Positions 24,282-35,646 of a DNA stretch of 64,000 nucleotides are shown piece after piece. This stretch comes from Macrostomum lignano (lineage: Eukaryota), in contig NIVC01002514.1 of the NCBI GenBank assembly GCA_002269645.1, positions 62,001 to 126,000 on the forward strand, read 5' to 3'. Below the pieces are notes generated by a model. That model saw only the letters and a list, made by a program, of their open reading frames with translations. It had not been told where the DNA came from and searched no databases. The number at the start of each line of letters is the position of its first letter. Within the stretch, counting starts at the first letter, position 1. A program made the position numbers and the translations under genes.

Positions 24282-27200
24282 TCAAGCTGTTGATCTCAGG
24301 CGGAAGTACGCTATTTCAGATGCTCCACCGCAAAATTCTATGAGATTTCCTAGGCATCGGAGCGAGCAACTTGTATTGGCCACCAATTTTAATGAACCTC
24401 CTGGTACTCTCTTTTCAGGCAAGTCCTCAGCACACATGCATTTGTTACCATTACCGATGGCGAAGTATTTCAATTTGCTGTAGAGATCACGCCTTATACA
24501 CTCGGTAGCGCAAATCAGGTGTGAGCCGTGCGACATCTCTTTGATGGCTATCGATTCGTACTCGGCCTCATAAAAGTCATTATATGCCATGTAGCATGCC
24601 TCCATAGAACCTGAAGCATTAATTAACACCAAGTGAGCAGATATACACAAACTAATGGTCATATTTTCAATAAAATCATGCAGAAATATCCAACAGATCA
24701 TGCATCAAAATGAACTCAAATTGTTACTCACTTGGAAGAACTGGATAGACCTTCGCTCCCTGCTTGAATTTATCTAAATGGGAAAATTGTTGGGGTTGGA
24801 ATCGGTAGAGAGCATTTTACATCAGCTTGAGCAGATTTCCAGATTAAATGGAGATAAAATGAGGGAGGAGAGCAGCTCAACTGGAAGCATTGCAAGACTC
24901 GTGAGAAGAATTGAAGTCTCATTGGAGAATCGTATACAATGGTAAGATGTGAACAAAGGCAAATTTCCAAAAATGAATACTCGCCTGTTTTCGGAGGAGT
25001 AAGTGTTGAACTAAGGCGAAAATATGCCAGATTATATAGACCACCGCACGATTCCCTGTGATTTCCTGGGCATCGGAGCGAGCAACTTGTATTGGCCACC
25101 AATTTTAATGAACCTCCTGGTACTCTCTTTTCAGGCAAGTCCTCAGCACACATGCATTTGTTACCATTACCGATGGCGAAGTATTTCAATTTGCTGTAGA
25201 GATCACGCCTTATACACTCGGTAGCGCAAATCAGGTGTGAGCCGTGCGACATCTCTTTGATGGCTATCGATTCGTACTCGGCCTCATAAAAGTCACTATA
25301 TGCCATGTAGCATGCCTCCATAGAACCTGAAGCATTAATTAACACCAAGTGAGCAGATATACACAAACTAATGGTCATATTTTCAATAAAATCATGCAGA
25401 AATATCCAACAGATCATGCATCAAAATGAACTCAAATTGTTACTCACTTGGAAGAACTGGATAGACCTTCGCTCCCTGCTTGAATTTATCTAAATGGGAA
25501 AATTGTAGGGGTTGGAATCGGTAGAGAGCATTTTACATCAGCTTGAGCAGATTTCCAGATTAAATGGAGATAAAATGAGGGAGGAGAGCAGCTCAACTGG
25601 AAGCATTGCAAGACTCGTGAGAAGAATTGAAGTCTCATTGGAGAATCGTATACAATGGTAAGATGTGAACAAAGGCAAATTTCCAAAAATGAATACTCGC
25701 CTGTTTTCGGAGGAGTAAGTGTTGAACTAAGGCGAAAATATGCCAGATTATATAGACCACCGCACGATTCCCTGTGATTTCCTGGGCATCGGAGCGAGCA
25801 ACTTGTATTGGCCACCAATTTTAATGAACCTCCTGGTACTCTCTTTTCAGGCAAGTCCTCAGCACACATGCATTTGTTACCATTACCGATGGCGAAGTAT
25901 TTCAATTTGCTGTAGAGATCACGCCTTATACACTCGGTAGCGCAAATCAGGTGTGAGCCGTGCGACATCTCTTTGATGGCTATCGATTCGTACTCGGCCT
26001 CATAAAAGTCATTATATGCCATGTAGCATGCCTCCATAGAACCTGAAGCATTAATTAACACCAAGTGAGCAGATATACACAAACTAATGGTCATATTTTC
26101 AATAAAATCATGCAGAAATATCCAACAGATCATGCATCAAAATGAACTCAAATTGTTACTCACTTGGAAGAACTGGATAGACCTTCGCTCCCTGCTTGAA
26201 TTTATCTAAATGGGAAAATTGTTGGGGTTGGAATCGGTAGAGAGCATTTTACATCAGCTTGAGCAGATTTCCAGATTAAATGGAGATAAAATGAGGGAGG
26301 AGAGCAGCTCAACTGGAAGCATTGCAAGACTCGTGAGAAGAATTGAAGTCTCATTGGAGAATCGTATACAATGGTAAGATGTGAACAAAGGCAAATTTCC
26401 AAAAATGAATACTCGCCTGTTTTCGGAGGAGTAAGTGTTGAACTAAGGCGAAAATATGCCAGATTATATAGACCACCGCACGATTCCCTGTGATTTCCTG
26501 GGCATCGGAGCGAGCAACTTGTATTGGCCACCAATTTTAATGAACCTCCTGGTACTCTCTTTTCAGGCAAGTCCTCAGCACACATGCATTTGTTACCATT
26601 ACCGATGGCGAAGTATTTCAATTTGCTGTAGAGATCACGCCTTATACACTCGGTAGCGCAAATCAGGTGTGAGCCGTGCGACATCTCTTTGATGGCTATC
26701 GATTCGTACTCGGCCTCATAAAAGTCACTATATGCCATGTAGCATGCCTCCATAGAACCTGAAGCATTAATTAACACCAAGTGAGCAGATATACACAAAC
26801 TAATGGTCATATTTTCAATAAAATCATGCAGAAATATCCAACAGATCATGCATCAAAATGAACTCAAATTGTTACTCACTTGGAAGAACTGGATAGACCT
26901 TCGCTCCCTGCTTGAATTTATCTAAATGGGAAAATTGTAGGGGTTGGAATCGGTAGAGAGCATTTTACATCAGCTTGAGCAGATTTCCAGATTAAATGGA
27001 GATAAAATGAGGGAGGAGAGCAGCTCAACTGGAAGCATTGCAAGACTCGTGAGAAGAATTGAAGTCTCATTGGAGAATCGTATACAATGGTAAGATGTGA
27101 ACAAAGGCAAATTTCCAAAAATGAATACTCGCCTGTTTTCGGAGGAGTAAGTGTTGAACTAAGGCGAAAATATGCCAGATTATATAGACCACCGCACGAT

Positions 27201-30200
27201 TCCCTGTGATTTCCTGGGCATCGGAGCGAGCAACTTGTATTGGCCACCAATTTTAATGAACCTCCTGGTACTCTCTTTTCAGGCAAGTCCTCAGCACACA
27301 TGCATTTGTTACCATTACCGATGGCGAAGTATTTCAATTTGCTGTAGAGATCACGCCTTATACACTCGGTAGCGCAAATCAGGTGTGAGCCGTGCGACAT
27401 CTCTTTGATGGCTATCGATTCGTACTCGGCCTCATAAAAGTCATTATATGCCATGTAGCATGCCTCCATAGAACCTGAAGCATTAATTAACACCAAGTGA
27501 GCAGATATACACAAACTAATGGTCATATTTTCAATAAAATCATGCAGAAATATCCAACAGATCATGCATCAAAATGAACTCAAATTGTTACTCACTTGGA
27601 AGAACTGGATAGACCTTCGCTCCCTGCTTGAATTTATCTAAATGGGAAAATTGTTGGGGTTGGAATCGGTAGAGAGCATTTTACATCAGCTTGAGCAGAT
27701 TTCCAGATTAAATGGAGATAAAATGAGGGAGGAGAGCAGCTCAACTGGAAGCATTGCAAGACTCGTGAGAAGAATTGAAGTCTCATTGGAGAATCGTATA
27801 CAATGGTAAGATGTGAACAAAGGCAAATTTCCAAAAATGAATACTCGCCTGTTTTCGGAGGAGTAAGTGTTGAACTAAGGCGAAAATATGCCAGATTATA
27901 TAGACCACCGCACGATTCCCTGTGATTTCCTGGGCATCGGAGCGAGCAACTTGTATTGGCCACCAATTTTAATGAACCTCCTGGTACTCTCTTTTCAGGC
28001 AAGTCCTCAGCACACATGCATTTGTTACCATTACCGATGTCGAAGTATTTCAATTTGCTGTAGAGATCACGCCTTATACACTCGGTAGCGCAAATCAGGT
28101 GTGAGCCGTGCGACATCTCTTTGATGGCTATCGATTCGTACTCGGCCTCATAAAAGTCATTATATGCCATGTAGCATGCCTCCATAGAACCTGAAGCATT
28201 AATTAACACCAAGTGAGCAGATATACACAAACTAATGGTCATATTTTCAATAAAATCATGCAGAAATATCCAACAGATCATGCATCAAAATGAACTCAAA
28301 TTGTTACTCACTTGGAAGAACTGGATAGACCTTCGCTCCCTGCTTGAATTTATCTAAATGGGAAAATTGTAGGGGTTGGAATCGGTAGAGAGCATTTTAC
28401 ATCAGCTTGAGCAGATTTCCAGATTAAATGGAGATAAAATGAGGGAGGAGAGCAGCTCAACTGGAAGCATTGCAAGACTCGTGAGAAGAATTGAAGTCTC
28501 ATTGGAGAATCGTATACAATGGTAAGATGTGAACAAAGGCAAATTTCCAAAAATGAATACTCGCCTGTTTTCGGAGGAGTAAGTGTTGAACTAAGGCGAA
28601 AATATGCCAGATTATATAGACCACCGCACGATTCCCTGTGATTTCCTGGGCATCGGAGCGAGCAACTTGTATTGGCCACCAATTTTAATGAACCTCCTGG
28701 TACTCTCTTTTCAGGCAAGTCCTCAGCACACATGCATTTGTTACCATTACCGATGGCGAAGTATTTCAATTTGCTGTAGAGATCACGCCTTATACACTCG
28801 GTAGCGCAAATCAGGTGTGAGCCGTGCGACATCTCTTTGATGGCTATCGATTCGTACTCGGCCTCATAAAAGTCACTATATGCCATGTAGCATGCCTCCA
28901 TAGAACCTGAAGCATTAATTAACACCAAGTGAGCAGATATACACGAACTAATGGTCATATTTTCAATAAAATCATGCAGAAATATCCAACAGATCATGCA
29001 TCAAAATGAACTCAAATAGTTACTCACTTGGAAGAACTGGATAGACCTTCGCTCCCTGCTTGAATTTATCTAAATGGGAAAATTGTTGGGGTTGGAATCG
29101 GTAGAGAGCATTTTACATCAGCTTGAGCAGATGTCCAGATTAAATGGAGATAAAATGAGGGAGGAAAGCAGCTCAACTGGAAGCTTAGAGGAATCGCATG
29201 TGGACTTCAGTTTGCGAATCTGGGATTCCAACCTGTTTAGTAGTAAAGCGTGTGTGTTTCTGTACCCATTTTCACCTCAGTCAGAACCGGCTCATTTCAC
29301 TGAATAGGTCGTACCTGCCTGATTTCTGAGAAAAGTGTTTTCTTTAGGCTGAAATACACTGTCCCATCCCCTGTGACCCGCAGTCATGCGCTGAGTTCTC
29401 TATCTGGCTTTCAAGGTAGAAGTGTTTTCCGGTCGCTGGCTTAAAGGTACAAGCTGATCGGGCATGGAGAGGGGGCTTACAGTATGTAGGGATATCGCTA
29501 TTGGAAAATCAACTTTAAAGCCGAAGTCTCCTCACCTGGATTTCTCAAAGCGTTGTGCTCTTTCGGATCCTTCTGCGTTTCCGCAAGTGCAACAAGCTTA
29601 GCTGAAAGGCGGCAGTACTATCGTGAATGCAGCTCAGCATGAGCACAAGCTAAACCGTTTGTCAAAGGCAAGAAAAGCTATTGAGAAACAAAAATGAAAA
29701 CAAAAAAATGCCAAACAAAATGAGGCCTCTCGATCCGGCCAAGAGGTCCTTTGGAACCTCACAATAGCAATTTGGCACGCTCAGAATTTGTGTCTTCCGA
29801 ACTCTCTACAGATAGTCGAATCGAATTTCCCTCTCTCTGCTCTCTCCTCTCTTTTCTCCTGCTTTTCTCTCTTCTCCTCTCTCCTATCTTCTTCTCTCCT
29901 TTTCTACTTTCTTTTTTCCATTTCCTCTCTCGCCTTTCTGCTCTCTCCTCTCTCTTCTTCTGCTTTTCTTCCTTTTCCCGTCTCCTCTCTCCTCTTCTCT
30001 CTTCTCACTTATTTCCTCGTTTCTTCTCTCCTGTCTCTCTTCTCTTTTCCCGCTCCTTTGTCCCCTCCTGTGACCCGCAGTCATGCGCTGAGTTCTCTAT
30101 CTGGCTTTTCAGGTAAAAAAGCTTTGGGTCCCTGGCTTAAAGGGTACAAGCTGATCGGGCATATAGAGGGGGGCTTACAGTATGTAGGGATATCGCTATT

Positions 30201-30456
30201 GGAAAATCAACTTTAAAGCCGAAGTCTCCTCACCTGGATTTCTCAAAGCGTTGTGCTCTTTCGGATCCTTCTGCGTTTCCGGAAGTGCAACAAGCTTAGC
30301 TGAAAGGCGGCAGTATTATCGTGAATGCAGCTCAGCATGAGTACAAGCTAAAGCGCAGGAGAATAACCTATACTCACATTTCTTTGAGGAAGGGCAGCTC
30401 AAAGATCCGTAGATGGCTGCGCTCATGCAGAACAGAAGCAGAACCGCTCGGATCAT
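24282..30456 (-). CDS. Secreted multi-WSC-domain protein (7 WSC domains), predicted 917 aa, 15 exons
   Basis: Signal-peptide exon 30456-30378 (MIRAVLLLFCMSAAIYGSLSCPSSKK, phase 1). Then 7 linker exons of 42 nt (29069-29028, repeating every 716 bp to 24773-24732) alternate with WSC exons of 342 nt (28906-28565 ... 25326-24985); terminal exon 24610-24282. Eight-Cys WSC pattern EACY..ICATEC..KCMC..SCSLRCPG..SCGG. All junctions are phase 1. Total 2754 nt. Confidence 0.85.
24360..29190. repeat. 716-bp tandem repeat array (~6.7 units) underlying the WSC gene
   Basis: Period of exactly 716 bp (ORF starts 25417, 26133, 26849, 27565, 28281, 28997); only a few SNPs distinguish units. Confidence 0.97.
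29360..30352. repeat. Local ~295-bp direct duplication (29360-29655 and 30060-30352) separated by a CT-rich tract in WSC intron 1
   Basis: Both copies run from gtgacccgcagtcatgcgctgag to gcagctcagcatgag(c/t)acaagctaaa. Confidence 0.85.
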
Positions 30457-31275
30457 ATTTGAGTCGAGGCGAGTAATTAGATGAACTGATCCGCACAACC
30501 TTTTGTTGAACTTGTTAAGAACTGGCTTAGGTTTCTTCTTGTTTTTTCTAGTGCCGTCTGGCGAAACTTCGTGAAAAGTGCAATGAGGCGAAAAGTAGAC
30601 ATTCTGAGAGAGTCGCCACAGAAGCAACTGTACAATCCCAGTCAGTGGAGCTTTGGCCATAGACAGTTTGGATGTTCGAGAACTCGATGAGGCAGATTTT
30701 CATTTCTGCCTTACTTTGCACACTGCGCTGTGAATGGTTTACTACTGCGAAAGTATGAAGAAATCCGAAATTGAATTATTTTGTCACTCGTAGAAAATGC
30801 TTGTTCCATTTCATAAAGTTTTGCCGTCTAGCTAAAAGATAAAATATAGACTATCGGAAAGTGGAAAGCTGACAGGAAGCTTTTTACGCTCTGTCATGGA
30901 ATTCGATAGACAACACTACATCGACAAAAGAACCTTCAATCTCTTTAAGAATAGTTAAATTTCCCGCTATTTTCTCGACAGAACATTTTTTGGCTGTACA
31001 GTTCCGATAGTAGACTCTGAGCAACAAGTGGAGTAGAATCGTATTATTTTCTATTTTCACTGTGTATTTTTTGCGTATGTTGGCCCCCAGTTTTAATGTT
31101 GTGAGTGCTCTGTGTAGTAGAACTTTCACTACACAGAATTTAGATAATATTTGCACGATCGATAAATTAGGCCTTTCCGTGTGCGTGGCGCGCGAAGAGG
31201 ACCAGTTTATTACTTTCCTTAATATGCAGCATGTCCATCGCCTAGGTTTAACTCTCCCTCTCACTCTCTCTTATC

Positions 31276-31729
31276 TAGGGATTGCAAAATCCCGGATTTG
31301 GCCAATCCAGGGATTGAATCCCGGGATCAGAAAAATACAGATTTTCGAGCTTCTAGGCAAAGAAAATATGCGCTTTAAGGCAAAAAAATATGCGCTAAAC
31401 GCTTTTTTGCTCATTTTTTTATTGTTATAGAGAAAATGATCTATTTGTAGATGAAAAACAGCATTATCTTGTGACCTATTGAAGTAAGTAGTATAAATGT
31501 ACTAATTAGTAGTAATTAAGAAGCAAATCATATCAAAATTTAAATTGGAATTAATTTCACATTTAAATCTGTGGTGCGGGGTTTAAAAAGGTGTCACACG
31601 ACGTGAGGCAATTAACGGAAATTAGCGCAGTATAATAAACTAGTTGTGGGCCTAATTATGTTCATATTACAGCACTTTTTTAAAAAATACGAGTATTAAC
31701 AAAAATTAGTCCCGGGATTGCAATCCCTA
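31276..31729. mobile_element. hAT-type MITE (454 bp)
   Basis: TIR tagggattgca... / ...ttgcaatcccta; exact 8-bp TSD ctcttatc at 31268-31275 and 31730-31737. Confidence 0.9.
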
Positions 31730-31837
31730 CTCTTATCTCTCTCGGCTTTTACGACCGCCTGTTGCTAAATTTAGCTTTTTACAAAGTGTTGGTTTATTTT
31801 AGGGAAGGTTGTGAACTGAATTTATGTGCTAGAAAAG

Positions 31838-32112
31838 GGTCGCTTTCATAAGACCGAAATTTCACAACGCCGAAAACTATTGCACGATCCTTCACAAGAC
31901 CGAAACTTCATAAGACCGAAATTTCACAACGCCGAAAACTCAAAATACAGGGCCTTTCACAAGACCAAAATTTCACATCGTAGAAAACTTAATACAATAA
32001 GGAGCATGCAGAATTTTCGGCGTTGTGAAATTTCGGTCTTAATGAAGTTTTGGTCTTGTGAAGTATGGTGTTTCGGCGTTGTGAAATTTCGGTCTTAAAA
32101 TCCCCCCCCCCC
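31838..32112. mobile_element. MULE/Foldback-type palindromic MITE (275 bp)
   Basis: Inverted blocks taagaccgaaatttcacaacgccgaaa / tttcggcgttgtgaaatttcggtctta; 9-bp TSD ctagaaaag at 31829-31837 and 32113-32121. Confidence 0.8.
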
Positions 32113-32479
32113 CTAGAAAAGGCCTAATCTACATGCGCTAAGGCAGCAAAGAGGGGTGAAAATACTTTTCTATTTGTCCAACTAGCGATTGGACACTGCA
32201 TGGCTACAGCCCTGCCACCATGCGGACTACTATAGCCGTCAGTAAAGCAGAGCTTCGCTTCGGGACAGCGCCTTAATGGCAGGGCTAATGCATCTGGCAG
32301 CCTCCGGTGGTGTGCAGTCCCCAATCCGGAAGAAGCTCGCGGTGCTGCCGCAGCTAGGCAAGAACTACTCAGGTAAAGAAGAACGGGAAGCGATGTTTCT
32401 TGGAAAATTTTGAAGCAGGTTTCACCCGAAAAATAGCTCGTACGGGTGTTTTTTCATCTCCATAAGAATTAAGATCAAG

Positions 32480-33010
32480 GACCACTAGGAACACTTTGTT
32501 ATTGATTAAGATTTTTGATGGGTTTCGACCTTTCAGGCCCCTTGTGAGGAAGCCTTCGGGCCTCAGGCTCAGAAACGAATCACTAAGAGACCTGGCCCCC
32601 ACTCCTGTCAGATGGTCAGCCCCATGGTAGCTTGATCGTGTGGCGAGCAGTCTAGGTCCTATAGCTAAGAGAGGGACAGCGAGAGACGAGCAGGGAGAAT
32701 TTCGAAGGTAGAAATTAGCTAATCCGCAGATCAACTAACTCGCTGCCACCAGCCCGTGCGCCCTGGCTCACCACACCGGGGCTCTCGAAATCGGGCTTCC
32801 GACTAGAAGGGCTTTGCACTTACCTGCCAACTAGTGTCTTTTTGCTGTCAATCTCGAAGTCATAGCCGATGATAAGGGACACTGCTGGGACTAGATCGCA
32901 TTGGCCATGCAGGTACAGAGGGGACTTGTGCAGGGGATTCTTGCAGTGGCGAGACTATGGGGTAGCTACATGTACTATTACATTGCTAAATACGAAGAAT
33001 TGTTCTTTTG
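32480..33010 (-). mobile_element. Probable degenerate Penelope-like element 3' end (GIY-YIG C-terminus plus pLTR-like region)
   Basis: Manual translation HGQCDLVPAVSLIIGYDFEIDSKKTLVGR*...RKPDFES resembles the end of PLE GIY-YIG domains. It is followed by a stem + GAAAC motif (ggcctgaaaggtcgaaac) and an A-rich tract. Weak similarity only. Confidence 0.35.
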
Positions 33011-33789
33011 GCCCTCAACGCGCCAACTAGCCTCTCATAGCGCTGATGATAGACTAACTCGAACTTCAGAGACCGCATGATTCATTACCCGAGCCGCTTG
33101 GCTAACCTGGAGTGCACAAAGTACATCTCTGGCGCCGATTCTGCACTTCTGGCAGTTTTGCTCACTGATTTGATTGATTGATCGACTGAGAACCGCCTTG
33201 CCATTGGTCCACTGTGACCGGCGCCTACTAGCTTAGCTACTCATCTGAGCCATCGGTGAACAAAGAAATAAAACCGATAAAAATAACTGTCAGATTTAAC
33301 CTTCTCCTTAGATCACTTCACACTTCAGATTGAATTGGAGCTTCAGACTACTAGCAGTATTATTGAATGATTTCTGCCTCAGCAACAGCACTACTGAACA
33401 AAATGAGCAAAAGTGTGCGCCTAATTCAGCTACTGCAACAGGGGACAGATAAGGGATCACCCAATCAAGCAAGTCTAGATAGCCTCTCACCCAACCAATC
33501 AGAAACTCAACAGCCGGTGACCAGGTAATCCACAGTGACCGAATCGGCTTGATGCCCTGCAGCTGTAGACTCGGGATGATGCTGTCACAGTCTTCGCTGT
33601 TAGCTAGCAGGTGATGCTCTTCTCTTGATGTTCGCTGCTGATGACCGGGGGACTCGTCCTTGATGATGATGGGGGGAGTCGCAATCCGGGGATCAAGAAA
33701 CGACGGTCAGGCCGGGGAAAGAGTTCCTGGCCGAGAGCAAGCGAAAAGTTACGAAGTTGCAATCCGAGCGGGCCAAAAACTCCGGTTTA

Positions 33790-33895
33790 AATAGCCGCCA
33801 ACTGGACCGCAGTTTTTTATAATGGAACACGTCGATTCTGATTGGCTGAGCCGTTTTGTTAAAATGAGCGCCGAATTTTCTGATTGGCTAAGCTT
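33790..33895 (-). promoter_or_regulatory. Candidate Pol II promoter: two CCAAT boxes plus TATA
   Basis: Minus strand reads agccaatcag twice (~40 bp apart), then cattataaaaa, then ctatttaaa; no downstream gene identified. Confidence 0.35.
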
Positions 33896-35089
33896 GTTGC
33901 CACCCAGAATCACGTGACCGAGAGATCCTATCAGTTCCCACAGGGTCGTAAAAAGATGACAGGTGCGGCCATAAATCACTCAAAATCGCAACAAAATGAT
34001 TTATGACTTTTCGCGTAGGATTGACAGAAATCAATGAAAAAATATACATTAAAAAGCTCTTATTAAATAGAAAGTGAAGATAATGAAGAGAAATTGCTAA
34101 TCGCTAATCCCAAAGTACTTTAAGGGGTAAAACGCATAGCTGTCAAAGCTGTCACACGCTTGAGTGAACCCGAACAATAGGCTCTGACCTCATAAATCTT
34201 GATGGCCTGTCAAAATGATGAGAAAAAAGCTACCGCCCGCATCCTCTCAGACCATCTGGCGCCCGTCTCAACACTGAGTGAGGCGCAGGTGGCTGTCAGA
34301 CCAGCTTCGAAAGCGATGATTTATGACCAAAAAGCAACGCCTATGTTATTATGACTACTAGTATGGCCAGACATTATATCTAGTATAGATTTATGACTAT
34401 TCGCAGAAAAAGGATAAAAATGCCCATCGCCCACTGTTAGTAGGCTAGTAAGTTTAGAGCCCATGTGCTGGCGCGGGATTTGGGAAAAAGTGCGTCCTCA
34501 TCATTTTACTCTTAGATAGGATACTGCCATTTAACTGCGAAGATTTCAGTTAGGGCTTAGTTAGCAGCGGTTATCCGGCATACTCGCATTGTCCAGTGAA
34601 ACTAAACTCAAGTGAAGTTCAGTAGGTTGAAAAATTGTACCCTACTTAGTTTTGTGGTGAATTTTTTAAAGTGAAATAAATTAATTTCCTGCGCAATAAA
34701 TAAAACAAATGCAACAAGTACTACCATATTGCTGATAAGTAGTAAGTCTCAGATCGTGGCGCAAAAAATACGGTCACTGTTGATGATTTTAATTAAAACA
34801 AAAAACATATAATAGTACATGATGCAACTAAATTCAACTGATGGTAATAAAATATTGTACTACAGGAAAAAATAGTAAATCAGCTGCATTCGAAATTTGA
34901 GAATTTGATTTCTTGTGAAGATTTTAACAATAATGAAATAAACTGTTTATAATTACTATTAAAATAAGTTCCAACACCCAATAAGCTTCAAGCAAAGGCA
35001 AAGGCAAGCGATAAATAATAAAAAACAAAAAACCAAACGTGCAGACTGGGACAACACATTTGTTTAAAATTGAAAATTGTTTTTTTTTC

Positions 35090-35545
35090 AACAAAAAAGC
35101 CCTACATAAGTTGATTACGCTACATATCGGCAAAAATCACTTCGAACTTTTCTAGACCACACAATGCATAATCTAATCTAACCCTAACCCTAACCCTAAT
35201 CTAATATCTGCCTAAAAAAGGCTAGATTCTATAAACATAGCCGTCGAAATGAGATAACTCTAAATTTAGTAGAAGCAAAAGCTCATTACGATACATATCG
35301 GCAAAAATAGTTACAAACCTTCAGGCTGGTAAAAATGTTTTCGATACATATCGGCAAAAAAACTTTACAAACCTTCGGGCTAAAACTATTTCCGCTACAG
35401 ATCGGTAAATAACAAACTTACGGGCTAATAAAATTATTTTCGATACATATCGGCAAAAAACCCTACAAACCTTCAGGCTAAAACTATTTCCGCTACATAT
35501 CGGTAATACGGGCTAATAAAACTATTTTCGATACATATCGGCAAA
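35090..35545. repeat. Degenerate repeat with tttcgatacatatcgg subunits and a (CCCTAA)3 motif
   Basis: Repeated catatcgg(c/t)aa units; related motif at 37360-37800. Confidence 0.75.
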
Positions 35546-35646
35546 GAAAAAAAAGTTTATAAAAGCGCTACATGCTAAGCTACAGACAGCTTTAGCAATC
35601 GGTTATTGTTGCTGTCGGTTGCTTGTTGAGAATTTAATCCTCCGAC

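Noticed and set aside
24770-28997. Six separate 215-aa genes
   Set aside because: The ORFs begin and end in intronic sequence; splice signals and phases support one multi-exon gene
34000-34400. Repeated gatttatgac motifs as Hox/Pbx sites
   Set aside because: Three short AT-rich matches with no supporting context; could be repeat relic or chance
18205-35200. Telomere or chromosome-fusion site
   Set aside because: Only 3-4 hexamers each, embedded at fixed positions within repeat units
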